DNA of 64,000 nt from Octopus bimaculoides (Eukaryota), in NCBI RefSeq assembly GCF_001194135.2, contig NC_068994.1, positions 6,505,731 through 6,569,730 of the forward strand, read 5' to 3'. The notes beneath the pieces are model-generated. The model had not been told where the DNA came from, did no database searches, and worked only from the letters and a program-made list of their open reading frames with translations. Made by a program: the position numbers and the translations under genes. Below, piece after piece: positions 24,984 to 37,985 of the stretch (its first letter is position 1; each line of letters begins with the position of its first letter).

Positions 24984-26695
24984 CACATATATATAATATT
25001 AGGGATAAAATCCAAAATTACAGGTAAAAACTCAATTAAAATCAATTTATTAAAAATAAAAATTAAACTATATATATATATATATATATAAAAGAACCAA
25101 GGTTCATGAACTCATCAATGAAAACCCACTGTCACATATTTACTTATTAATTTTTAATAAATTGAATTTAATNNNNNNNNNNNNNNNNNNNNNNNNNNNN
25201 NNNNNNNNNNNNNNNNNNNNNNNNNNNNNNNNNNNNNNNNNNNNNNNNNNNNNNNNNNNNNNNNNNNNNNNNNNNNNNNNNNNNNNNNNNNNNNNNNNNN
25301 NNNNNNNNNNNNNNNNNNNNNNNNNNNNNNNNNNNNNNNNNNNNNNNNNNNNNNNNNNNNNNNNNNNNNNNNNNNNNNNNNNNNNNNNNNNNNNNNNNNN
25401 NNNNNNNNNNNNNNNNNNNNNNNNNNNNNNNNNNNNNNNNNNNNNNNNNNNNNNNNNNNNNNNNNNNNNNNNNNNNNNNNNNNNNNNNNNNNNNNNNNNN
25501 NNNNNNNNNNNNNNNNNNNNNNNNNNNNNNNNNNNNNNNNNNNNNNNNNNNNNNNNNNNNNNNNNNNNNNNNNNNNNNNNNNNNNNNNNNNNNNNNNNNN
25601 NNNNNNNNNNNNNNNNNNNNNNNNNNNNNNNNNNNNNNNNNNNNNNNNNNNNNNNNNNNNNNNNNNNNNNNNNNNNNNNNNNNNNNNNNNNNNNNNNNNN
25701 NNNNNNNNNNNNNNNNNNNNNNNNNNNNNNNNNNNNNNNNNNNNNNNNNNNNNNNNNNNNNNNNNNNNNNNNNNNNNNNNNNNNNNNNNNNNNNNNNNNN
25801 NNNNNNNNNNNNNNNNNNNNNNNNNNNNNNNNNNNNNNNNNNNNNNNNNNNNNNNNNNNNNNNNNNNNNNNNNNNNNNNNNNNNNNNNNNNNNNNNNNNN
25901 NNNNNNNNNNNNNNNNNNNNNNNNNNNNNNNNNNNNNNNNNNNNNNNNNNNNNNNNNNNNNNNNNNNNNNNNNNNNNNNNNNNNNNNNNNNNNNNNNNNN
26001 NNNNNNNNNNNTATGTTTGTTAAACTTTTACAAGAGTGATGACAGACTTCTTGTAAAAGAATCATATATATACATATATATATTATTGAAACTAGCTGTA
26101 AAGACTTCACAAACCATTACTCAGTTGTGAAGTCTTTTCAGCTTCAACAAATTCATTTTACTCTACCTTCAGTATTCAAGTATTATTTTATCCACCTTTG
26201 TTTTGCACCTATGTACTCACATGTACATACATACATACTTACACATTATATATACACATACATATATATACATATATATATATATGACACACATGCGTGT
26301 GTGTGCACTTACAAGCATATGCATTCATTGGGCTTAGTTAAAAGGAAAAGACAAAAGAATGGTGCCTAAAAGCATCAGAATAAGAAAGCTTTCTCTTTAT
26401 ATATGTCAATATATATAACAATGTTTCATGATTTACTTTCAACTTTTGGCTTTGGCTTTCTTTCTAAACTATGTTGTTCACAGCCATTTTTTAAAAAACT
26501 GGAGATCACGTCACATATATATATATATATATATATACAGACTTTGCTCCAGTAAGGGTTACTTAGCTTGGTTTTGGTGTTCTCTCTGTCTCTCCTTCAT
26601 TACTAAGTTCCTGCTCAAATGGAATTTCAATTGTTTTAAATACACAGACGGGAAAGAGAGAGAGGGAGAGATTTTGCGTTGGGTTGGGTTCACAA

Positions 26696-29600
26696 TCAAT
26701 TTTCCCCACAACCGGCCGACTCTTCTTGACCTCGAGAAATATTACTGCTCTCGTTTGAGTGTATAGGAGAGTTCTGACTGTCTACATACATCATCTTTGA
26801 TTTGGGATTATTGGGGACAGAGTGTAGAGAAAGAGAAGGGGTTTGATGATTGGAGGTAGGAGTTAAAGATATGTCTGTTGGGAGAGGACATTGAGGAAAA
26901 TTAGTTGTTAAAGTCTGTTGATTCTGAATACTCCGAGTTGAATACTTTGTCGTAGGAATATTAGGAGCTGGTACAGTATTATTATTTACTGCTAATTTCA
27001 AGTAAGGACCAATTTCACCCTGTTCTGTAGTAGCTGCATCGGAAGGTTGAGTTTGTTTATGGAAACTTTGAATGTCATTAATATGTTGGTTTGACGAGCC
27101 AATTTCGTGCTCCTCTCGACAGTTATGTGGTTTACACTTTGGTAACGAGCAACGAGTTGCTTTCGAGTAATTACACATAACAGAAGATGAATTATCATCA
27201 GGTTTATTCATTTTGGGATAGTTCTGTGTTGATTTCAAACTGGCACCAACTGGAAGTATTACATAATTAGGCTCTTGATTCAGTTCTTCATCACCATTCA
27301 GAGAGTGTTTTAAAGAATGGGATTTCAAAGAAGTATGTTCGGTTGTGTTCCTTAGCATGGTGGAAGTGTTGTTATAGCTGTTGGTCATTGACCTCATAGA
27401 GATCTTGTTACTTGGACTGGAAATGGTGTTGTAATGGGGGAAATTCTGGATACTTGCTTGTACTGGAGCTGATAGTTTGTTGAGGAGGGTGTCGATATTT
27501 TGGGTGTCAGTTCTGATCGGGTTGGCAGAGTGTGAAGAAGAAAGATTGAAATCTTCGTTAGCCTGCTTACAAAGCCAATCTTTGGCATCAAAGTTCTTCA
27601 AGATGACTTCCATTTGTAACTTTCTCTTACTCTCATCATTTTTCAAGAAATCTTAAAAGAAAAAAGTAAACAGGTAATTTATTAGCTATGAAATGAAAGA
27701 AATAATTTATTAATTATCCCCATCACCCACTTTATAGTCACCCATCCTGTCCCTTTATTAATACTCCCCACCTTATTGCCTCATCAATACCTGCCGTCTC
27801 TTCAATAAAACCCCATCCCCTCATTAATAAACTACCCAAACACACACTATCACCTCACTAATAAACTACACACAGTCACTTCATTAATAACCCCTCCACA
27901 CACACTATCACCTCATCAACAATGTCCCACCCACTCATTAACATCTCCCCCATCACCTAATAAACACTTCCCATCATCTCATGTGATCTCATTACCAACT
28001 CTGTTACCTCATTAATAACCTAATTATCTTAACTTGAGAGTTGCAAATCAAAACAAAAACAATTATACAGTGGAATTAAATTAAAGTACAATAACTTCTG
28101 GAGAATAAATTAAAAATCAATAATAGGTACCTGTAATTAAATGATTATTGGTTGTAAGCCTTTGACAGTCTTTCTTGTCGTTATCAACGGCCTCAATAAA
28201 TGCATGGACATTCTGAGGTGCAAATGAACTGTTTGACTGTGATGTCTTGTTCAGTTTGTTCACCTTTCTTTCATACACTTCGACTTCAGCTTCCAAGCGT
28301 TCCAACTGTTTCTCTTCATCAGATACCAGTGAGCTTATTTTCTAGAAAATTGAGAAAAACAAAACAAATGGTTTGCTTCTGGTGATACCATTAAAGGGAG
28401 AAAATCTCTTCTCGGTTAAGCTGAAGTTGACAAATACGTATCTATAATCTTTTCTTATACTTGCCTCAGTTATTTGACTGCAACTATGCTGGGGCACCAC
28501 CTTGAAGGGTTTTACTCAAACAAATCAACCCCAGAACTTAGCCTTTTTTCCAAGCCTGTCCTTTCGGGGTTGATAAAATAAGTACCAGTCAAATATTAGG
28601 ACCAACTTCCCCCTTCTCTCAAAAACTGAAGGCCCTGTGCCAAAATTTTAAACCATTATTGAATTTGATTTTATAAAAACTATGAAGAAATATTATATTT
28701 TGAAAAAATATTATATTTTCCAACTTACTTCAAGCTGTGTTAACAAGTTTGCTGAAAGCTCTTTAACCAAGCCAACTTCCCGAATATCTCCTCTTTCATC
28801 ATTGAACCGATTCCTATCAGGTGAGAAAATATAAATTTTAATATGCGTTATTTGTGTTGTAGTTTGGAAGTATTGAGAAGTTTGAAAATAGAGTCTTTAT
28901 GAACTGAAGTCAAATGATTACAGCCTAACTCTCAACAAGTAACATTTCAGAAAGTGTCACATCTTAGCAAACACTAACACAGCAAGTATGAAGTGTGTGT
29001 GTGTGTGTGTGTGTGTGTGCGCACACATGTATATATGCGTGAGTGTGTATGTGTACAGATTTGTGTGTGTGTGGATTTTAGTGCTTGCTAGGTTGTGGCA
29101 CTTGCTGAAATGTTACTTGTTGAGTTTTTACGTGCTGAGCTGTGATGCTCTCCTAGGATATATATCTAAAAACAAACAAGGTTTTCTGGATAGCAACACA
29201 AAAATATCCAATATCTTGGTGAGCTGTGCTTTTCCCAAACCAAACATCACATTATTTCAGTTATGTGCAGAAGGGAAGTTTACGATAACAGCACAAAAGT
29301 AAAACAGAATATAAATTATATCTGTAGTGCTGCTTTAATAGTAGATTAGGAAGATCGTTCAATAGTCATGACTGGAAGAAGGGAAAGCAGGAAAACAATA
29401 GTTAAATGATACTATGCTTGTAACAATATGGACTACTAAAACAATTGGCAAAAATACATTACATGCTACCAAGTCAGCCTCAATTCCAAGGGACAGCCAT
29501 AGTGTATGCATACATTTGACAGAATAGTCTGAAAGCTAACAGGTTAAAACAACATTTAAAACTGCATGAATAAATTATAATTACATTTTAAAGTGTAATT

Positions 29601-32600
29601 TATAAAAAATACATACTCAAACGTTTGCACAACAGTTTGGTAAATACCAGTTTGCAGGTTATTGGCTGTACCATATGGTTTGTATTGGGAATGTGTGGTG
29701 TCACCAAGGTTTATCACAGACAGTGAAATTGGTAAAAACTCATTAGAACTAGAAAATAAAAGAAATATAAACAAACAAGAATGAGAGATTGTAAATGAGA
29801 CAAATACTAGATTCAAGGAGAAAGATAAATCTTTTCACCACGTAAATACTGATCAGTATATATAAAGGATAAAATCATTTTAAGAATAGGAAAATTTGCT
29901 GGCAACCAGCCGTGAGGATCGAATTCACACCCCACCAATATCCGGTTGGAGTGCTCTACCCTTTAAGCTAAACTGCCAACCAGCAAATTCTTCTGCAATT
30001 TTAGAAGTTATGAAGTCATCCACAAATGCTAGATGTCTTATTCTACAATATATTTCAATGCTTCGAAAACAAACTTATGTTTGTTTACATATGACATAAT
30101 ATATATGACATCTAGTGTTTCTGGATTACTTCATAACTTCTAAAATTGCAGAGGAATTCACCAGTCGGCAGTTCAGCTTTAAGGGTAAAGCATTCCAACA
30201 GAATATTGGAAGGGTGTCAGTTCGATCCTCATGGCTGGTTGCTGGCAAATTTTTCTGCTCTTAAAAGGACTTTATCCTTTATATATACAGTTCAGTATTT
30301 ACATGTTGAAAAAAATCTATCTTTCTACTTGTTCAACAATACATTTCAACGCTTCGAAAACAAACTTATGTTTGTTTAAATATGACTAAATTCAAATTTC
30401 GGCACAAGACCAGCAATTTGGTGGGAGGGCATAAGTGGACTGCATCAAATCCCTGTCAGTTATCAACTGGTACTTATTTTATAGATCCCAAAAAGCATAA
30501 AAGGCTGTCGACCTTGGCGTATCCCTATTTCTGTTTGTCACCACCCAATGCTTGACGACTGGTATTTGTTTGAGCTACCTCGGGTTTCATGACCAGAGTG
30601 TTAAATTTACTTCATCGTTTCTTGTCGGTAACGTCAACATGGTAGGTGTATCAGTTCTGTGTGAGTTAAATAATGCTCACATATACAAGAAAACGTGAAG
30701 GCCAAATGAGCATTATTAATGAATAATGGTGGAAAATTATTTACCTGTGTGAAAACTTGTACAGTACATGATCATATGAATGCGTTGCCATGTTGTAAGA
30801 AGTGGAAGCTGTGGTTAAAAGGAAAACAAAATTCTCTGGTTGGGTAATATCCAGAAACTGCACCAGGTTCTTGTGAACAGCATTTTCTAAGAGAGAGACT
30901 TGTAAAGTGGAGTTCCGTCGGAAACGATACCAACCAACTATATCCTTGACATAAAAAAAAAAAAAATTATAATAAATCAACGGATGACAGAGTAATTCAA
31001 ATTATTTGTCACAAACTATAAATACATCAAGTACAACAAAAAAATGATAATACTGTTTGTAAGTTTAACTGGAATGGTTTGAATACACAAATTTATTATT
31101 CAGATTGCTGGCAAATGTGATGCTTAATTATTTACATTGTTTTCAATTAATCATGCATTATATCATACCTTCAGTATTTTAATGAGATTGTAGGGTAGGT
31201 GTGAGAAACCAGTTGGAACATAAAACAGATAGAATATTTGAAGCAAACATGGCCTGTTTGAATGCTAAAAGGTCAAAATATTAATCAGTTTGTGCTATTT
31301 AAATGTTCTTCTAACTTTAGTGTGTTTCAGCCATCACCATCCTTGAGCACATCTACTTATTGCAAATAGCTGACAGAATTTTCATTCAGACAATTAACCC
31401 TTTAGTGTTCAGATTACTCTGTTGAATGTAATGTTTTTTCACTAAAATTGATTAGAATTAACCATGGATTATCTTATAGCGTTGCTGTTTCAATGATGTG
31501 ATTGTTTATTTCTAGAATGTCAGTGTAGGCTAGGTGTGAGAGGCTAGATATGGCCAGTTCGAATGTAAAACATGTAGAATATCTGGGCAATACATAGCTG
31601 GTTTAAACACTAAAGGGTTAAGAAAGGTTTCTTAAATGTAACATAACCATTAAATAATGTAATTACACATGAGATGTGGGTTATGTAAGCTGGGGAAGGA
31701 AATAAAATGAAAAGATATGACCTCCCCACAAAACTGCCAACATATAAGCAATTTTTTTTCATAAGTTTGTACTAACAAACTGTGCCAGTTTAGTTTGTTT
31801 TCAATATTTATTATTATTATTATTAACAATAATTGTGCCAAGGTAGATATATGCTTACCAGGCTTCCTAACCTATGGTACTTGATCACCCACCTGTACTA
31901 CAGCCAAATTAGGCAAAGGGCGATTTTTTTTTATATATTTACAAATATTAAAAAAAGTGTTTCTTGAATGCCAGCACTTATGGTGTCTAAGACCATATGA
32001 AAGTTTGTAAAAGTATATGTTAAAAAAAAATTAATCATTATAAATTTATAATCTAAAGAAACCAAATAATTTAGAAAAAAAAAAACATTTAAGATAAAAT
32101 TTAAAGCAATGAATAAAGGTGCAAACCTTCTGTTTGTCTTTTAATATTGCTTTTAGGTTCTCAGGAATAATCTTTCCTCTTCGGTCGTAGAAACGATTTG
32201 TATGTGAACATGGGAGGTGAGAGGAGATATCTGTAGAGAAAGAGTAAATGAATGCATTTTATCAAATCAGATAAACAGGTTGAATATTATTATTATCATT
32301 ATTATTACTACTGTAAGGAAGGACATCCAGCCATAAAAAACCATGCCAAAACAGACACAGAAGCATAGCACAGGTTCCTGCCTGGCCCATTTGTCTATCC
32401 TTTCTAACATTAACCACTTCTAAGGCAGCAAGCTGGTGGAATCGTTAGCACACTGGGCAAAGTGCTTAGCAGCATTTCATTTATCTTCACATTCTGAGTT
32501 CAAATTCCACTGAGGTCAACCTTGCCTTTCATCTTTTTGGAGTCAAAAAATTAAGTACCAGTTGAATACTGGAGTCAATGTAATCAACTTACCCCTACCC

Positions 32601-33788
32601 CTGAAGTTGCTGGCCTCATGCCAAAATTTTAAACCAATACTAACCACTTCTTACCATTTTTTTTTTTTTTCAGCGAGTTAATCAAAGCCCGGATCTAGTT
32701 CAAAACGGGGGCGCCAGTATTTTCTTAACGAAACACTTTGAAACTTGGGACACTGGTAGAATGTGTCATATAAAACATCTTTTTCTCTTAGTCTTCTTAA
32801 GAAAAATTATTATATTGCAACTTATTTCATGTTAAAGTTGTCGTATTTCTGTAATTTCAACCAATGACTGACGTCCATTCAGCCGATATACAGTAAGCGC
32901 TGACTACGTAAACAAATGATTCTCAAACGATTCTGGCGGTGATAAAATTATTATTTCCTTGTCAAAAAATGGCTGAAGCATATTGGCAGTAGCTAATAAA
33001 CCTTTCTATTATAGGCACAAGGCCTGGTTTTTGAGGGAAGGGTTAGGGAAAATGTTGTACACNNNNNNNNNNCACGTGTGTTGCCTCTCTGCAAAATGTC
33101 AGAAGTAATGGAGATTAAATACGCTTTACACCGCTTAAACTGCCAAAGGAACCGCTTAACTGCCAAAGGAGCAACTGTAAACAGCTGAATACTTGTCAGT
33201 GATTGGTTGAAATTATCGAAATAAGACAATTTTTTACATGAAATAACTTCGAAAACAAACATTTTTTTCTGTTCTATAACACAAAATAGATAAGTATACG
33301 AAGTTTGAAAGTCTTTCGGTACCAAAAACACTACATAAAACATAAATGAAAACTGGTGCCCCCGTTTTGAACTAGATTCCAAAGCCCCTAAGATGATAAT
33401 GAAAGTGAAAGTTGAAAGTTCAATAACTACCAAAAAAAAAGTAATGAAAAAAGTACACTTACGGACATAAGTCTCCACTTTAGTAGCATTAATTTGGGAA
33501 TCGCTGACTGTGTCTTTAACATTAACAATTATTTTTCCCATCAAAAAACCAAACTAAAATAGAAAAAAGAAAAAAAAGTGAAAAGTGACAAGCCACAGAA
33601 ACTATGGAAAATTTGCCAACTAGAGAATCTAAAACAATGACACTGTTTTGCTTAGGCAGCGTTAATGAGGACAGATAGCAATGACCTACACATACTCAGG
33701 CACATATATACATCACACCCAAGGACACACACACACACACACATATATCGTTTAACGTCCGCTTTCCATGCTAGCATGGGTTGGACAA

Positions 33789-33828
<40 letters not shown>

Positions 33829-36236
33829 NNNNNNNNNNNNNNNNNNNNNNNNNNNNNNNNNNNNNNNNNNNNNNNNNNNNNNNNNNNNNNNNNNNNNNNN
33901 NNNNNNNNNNNNNNNNNNNNNNNNNNNNNNNNNNNNNNNNNNNNNNNNNNNNNNNNNNNNNNNNNNNNNNNNNNNNNNNNNNNNNNNNNNNNNNNNACAT
34001 TTAGCCAAGGTGTCATGCAGTAGCACTGAACTCAAAGCCATGCAACTGGGAAGCAAACTTCTTAATCACACAGATATGCCTTCACTTAAGAAAAAAAAAA
34101 AAAGTATAATAAAAACCAACAAAAGATATCATTTATAAATACTTTAGGTTTTAATGCTCAGCCTATCTGAGCATAGATAATAACTAACTTTAAGCGCTCC
34201 AGCTGATAAGAATTAGAACAGAACGTTCTTTTGTTACTGTACCTACAACAACCATTCTCAAGTGTAGAAATAGTAACCAAATCTCACCCCTATCATCTTA
34301 AATGAGGAAAGGACACATTAGATAATGCAAGAACTAAAATGATATGATATTCATGGATAAAGTGCCTTTAATTATGTCTGCTCAATGAAGGATAGCTTTA
34401 TGTTTTTTTATCCTTTGTTAATGACATAACGGACAAAGGACAGCTCCCATGAATTTTTTTTCAAAGTTTCTGTGACCAAAGAAACAACTCTTGAGACCAG
34501 AAACCCGAGCATAAACGCTTACAACAAAATGAACTCTGCTAAAAGCACACAAGGAGGGTGGGGGACCATGTAGTGGCATTAAGCCAGGTAATGAATCAAG
34601 AATGTGAACCACCAAAAGAGCCTCTATGTAGACGCTCGTCATGCTGGAAACAGCAGTCAAATTTCCGTCAAATCATAGTCGACCGTCTTTTAAAAATCCG
34701 AAGGACACAATTAACATGCTCATAAATAATAAAGAAAAATGGGATGGTCATAACCGGATTATCTTGTCTGAAATTTGATCAATCCGGGTTTACTTGGAGG
34801 AAATAACAACTCAAAAGCAAGAACTGTCCCTCTGATAGGTTTTCCTAGTTTCCTACAAGCATATTTCACTCACAAGAATAGTCTCAGGTACCGTGCAATG
34901 AGATTGAACCCATAACTACAGAATAACGTTTAAACTACAGTTATTGCAAACAAGACGAAAGTATATATTTATTGAATGTATCTTTCGTAAGTTTGCATAA
35001 AGATAGGTTTTTAAAAAATGAACGAGATAGGACACTTATTCGTATAACAAAACATTAAAAAGCTTAAGCAATACCACCTGCTTCGCGAAGGAGAAAGTGG
35101 GGTTGATAGTCTTTTGGTTGAAGAAATAAGTGTTGGAAAGTTGCGTTCATAAACAGAATGGGCAGGTGACTAATGGTCAGCAAATAGGTCAAGGAATAAT
35201 TAAATAAAATAATTTCAATGTGACTAACGCTTTAGTAAGTAACAATCGTCATTTAATTGGTGGTTTGGATTAATTACTAGAAAAAAAATATCGAGGATTA
35301 AAAATGACGTAGCAGTTAATTATTTTTCTTTTTTATCATTATTTTACTATTCTTTATGTTTCGAATATATAAAAATCGTAAAATTATTCTCGCCAAGTTA
35401 TATCGGTTTTATTTAAAACAATTTAAAAAAATATCTATACTTTACCGTCGCAAAGAGTGAAAAACTCAAGAAATAGCCTAATATTTATAAGCAATTTATA
35501 AATATTAAAAAAATATTTCCGCGAGCAAACAAACAAAAAAAAAAAAAACGAATATGAAAAAATTCTTTAAAGTGGTGTAATAGTCTCCTCATTCCAAGAA
35601 AGATGACTAATAAATCGCGATGCCAAAAATAGTAGCAGACGAACAATTCCAAGGTAAACGCAACCGAGTGGACGGAGAAAACATTAAGTGGTAATAGATG
35701 AATTATATCAACTACACACAAGATACAGACACACAAGTAAATTATACAATAAGTCTAAACAGTTAATAATAATTGAAAATATTGTTTTTAAATAAAATAA
35801 ACACAATATATATACATATATATATAAAGACAATATATGAAACGGATGGAATCTGACAATAACAATAATAGAATTAGTGTGGAAAATTAAAAGAATTAAA
35901 AGGTTAAATAAAGCAACATTGGAATTTTAAATTATTTTTCTGGGGTTCTGAAAATATACGGAGGAAAATTACATTTGATAAGAATGTACCCCAAGGAAAA
36001 AATTAGTTTCTCACTGAAGAATCATTGAGACGATAAAGTTCAGAGAAAATATAGATAAAAAACAACGGTTTGGGATATATTAGAAGGGTGTAGAGGTATC
36101 GTTATGTTGACCAATGCTGAAACGAAGTGTCGTGTAATGGTTAGATGTTTGTAAATAGTTGACTAACCTGGTCACCAGAAATTATTTGCTCATAAGACAG
36201 GGAAGAAGCCACTGCGCCACTTACACAGGCAGCCAT
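26696..36236 (-). CDS. FAM175: Abraxas/FAM175-family MPN- scaffold (BRCA1-A/BRISC subunit), 615 aa. Exons 36236-36168, 33553-33463, 32230-32127, 30944-30745, 29748-29617, 28813-28729, 28341-28131, 27651-26696
   Basis: The eight exons total 1848 nt with consistent phases (0,1,0,2,2,0,1) and GT/AG ends. Family motifs: MAACVSG, GFLMG...DTVSDSQ, VGWYRFRRNS, FVFLL, S..THSYDHVL, VINLGDTTHSQYK, followed by a coiled-coil segment. ABRAXAS1 versus ABRAXAS2 cannot be settled by eye. Confidence 0.9.
29814..30385. mobile_element. tRNA-core repeat (family T), two inverted copies (29814-30016 on -, 30128-30331 on +) plus a direct repeat of the 3' end
   Basis: The arms are ~200-bp reverse complements, each with ataacttctaaaattgcaga plus a tRNA-like core. 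The sequence tttcaaYgcttcgaaaacaaacttatgtttgttta is repeated at ~30053 and ~30344. Confidence 0.75.
32691..33379. mobile_element. Non-autonomous DNA transposon (MITE/foldback type) with TIRs and a 7-8 bp TSD
   Basis: The left end ggatctagttcaaaacgggggcgccagt is mirrored by actggtgcccccgttttgaactagattc. Imperfect inverted arms extend ~200 bp. CAAAGCCC occurs at both 32683-32690 and 33380-33387. Confidence 0.8.
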
Positions 36237-36239
36237 TTT

Positions 36240-36300
36240 CCTGACAAATGTAATTGACTCACTTACTTCCGCTTCCGCCTTCCCTAGATTCTTCTTATTA
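36240..36300 (-). promoter_or_regulatory. Candidate Abraxas promoter/5' region with tandem ETS-like CGGAAG motifs
   Basis: The minus strand reads ggcggaagcggaagt ~30-45 nt upstream of the ATG. Confidence 0.4.
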
Positions 36301-37619
36301 AAAACCTTCTCTCAATTATAAAAAAAATATTAATTGGGGAAATAATTTCATAGTCTTAATTACCCAACTGAGGTACTTTTTGGTTTTTTTTTTTTTAACT
36401 ACCTTCCGTTCCGTTCGTTCTAGTTTCATTTCTTTTCTCTTTTTCTTTTTTATTTTTCGATTCTACGCAGCGTCAGATACTTTAATTAAATCAAATTTGC
36501 ATACACGCTCACCAATAAATTTGCAGGACAGTTATTTATTGTCGATTAAATTGACTCCAGTACTTGGCTAGTATTTTATTTCGTTAGACCCCTGACGGGT
36601 GGAAGGTAAAATCGACCTTGGCAGAATTCGAACTCTGCACGTAAAGGGTCGTAACTATGGCAAGGCGTTTTAACCGACGCTCTAACAAGTCTGCCAATCC
36701 ATGTTAAAAGTAGCATATTCTCTTGTGTTTTTTTCAAAGCAATATATTGCTAAGAGTCCAGGCGACAATAATTAAACTAATGAAGGACCCTTTATACAGT
36801 CTCTCAACCTCCAAGAAGAAGCAGCCAAATTCCTCTCAAATCATATCCTAGCATCTTAAAAAGGTAAAATATAGATAGATATAGATATGCAAGAAGTGAA
36901 TGTCACTGTTAGAGCGCCTTAACTCATAAGGTTGCATGGTCAAGGCTGTAACTAAATAACATTTCCATTGAGACAACGTCTGTGAGGTTACTCAAACTGT
37001 TAGAAATAACAGCAAAAACTCTCCTCAAACAATACTTTACCATTTCTGAAAAGAAAGAAATTGTATTGGGGAGTTTTGGTTACATTGACCACTTTATAGG
37101 CCGACATAGATTAGTGGAGCCACAGAACTTATATTCAATTTTAACCTTTGTAGATTGAGGTCTGTTCCTACTTCTTCTTCATCATCATCATCATCCATTA
37201 ATATCCATTTTCCATGCTGGCATGGGTTGGATGATTTGATCAAGGCTGGCAAGCTGAAGAACTACATCAAGTTCCAGTCTGATTTGGCTTGATCTCTGCA
37301 GCTGGATGCCCTTCCTAACACCCAACCTTTTTGCAGAGTGTGCTGGGTGCTTTCTATGTAGTCCCAGCACAGACACTATTACACAGTGCCAGCATGGGCG
37401 CTTTATACAGGGCGCTAGCACAGGGTTCTTGCAGGCCAATCCTTTACTGCAGGGGAATGTCATTAACCCTCTTCTGCTGCAGACGAAGGGCTTTTTTTAA
37501 ATACTTATTCTACCAAATTAGTCAAAAGTTTCCCCATGATCATAAAATAAAGATCATGTTTTGTCCTAAACAGTTTCCTAAACTTTTTTTTTTCCTTTAT
37601 TTTACCTTTTATTTCAATC

Positions 37620-37985
37620 ACTGGCCTGAGACCATGCTAGAGCACAGCCTTGAGACGGCTTAGTCAAACAAATTGACCCCAGGACTTATTTTTTAAAGCG
37701 TGGGATTTATTCAATTGGTATTTTTGCCAAACTGCTAAGTTACAGGGATGTAAACAAACCAACACTGGTTGACAAGTGCTGGTGATAGGGAGTCAAATAC
37801 AGACACAAACGTACATACATACATATATGCATACATGCATGCATACATACACACACAAAAACCTACACACACATATTATAGACTGCAGCTATAGTAGAAA
37901 ACTCTTGCCCAAGGTGCCACACAGTGGGATTGAACCTGAAACCATGTGGTTGCAAAATGAACTACTTAACCACACAACCATGCCT
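37620..37985 (-). mobile_element. SINE family A, diverged
   Basis: Reverse complement of the head (cccaaggtgccacacagtgggattgaacc) and tail segments. Confidence 0.7.

Noticed and set aside
12358-25142. Shared ~50-bp sequence aaaagaaccaaggttcatgaactcatc at 12358 and 25090
   Set aside because: Real, but only short remnants of a (TA)n-associated repeat; it cannot be classified from this window.
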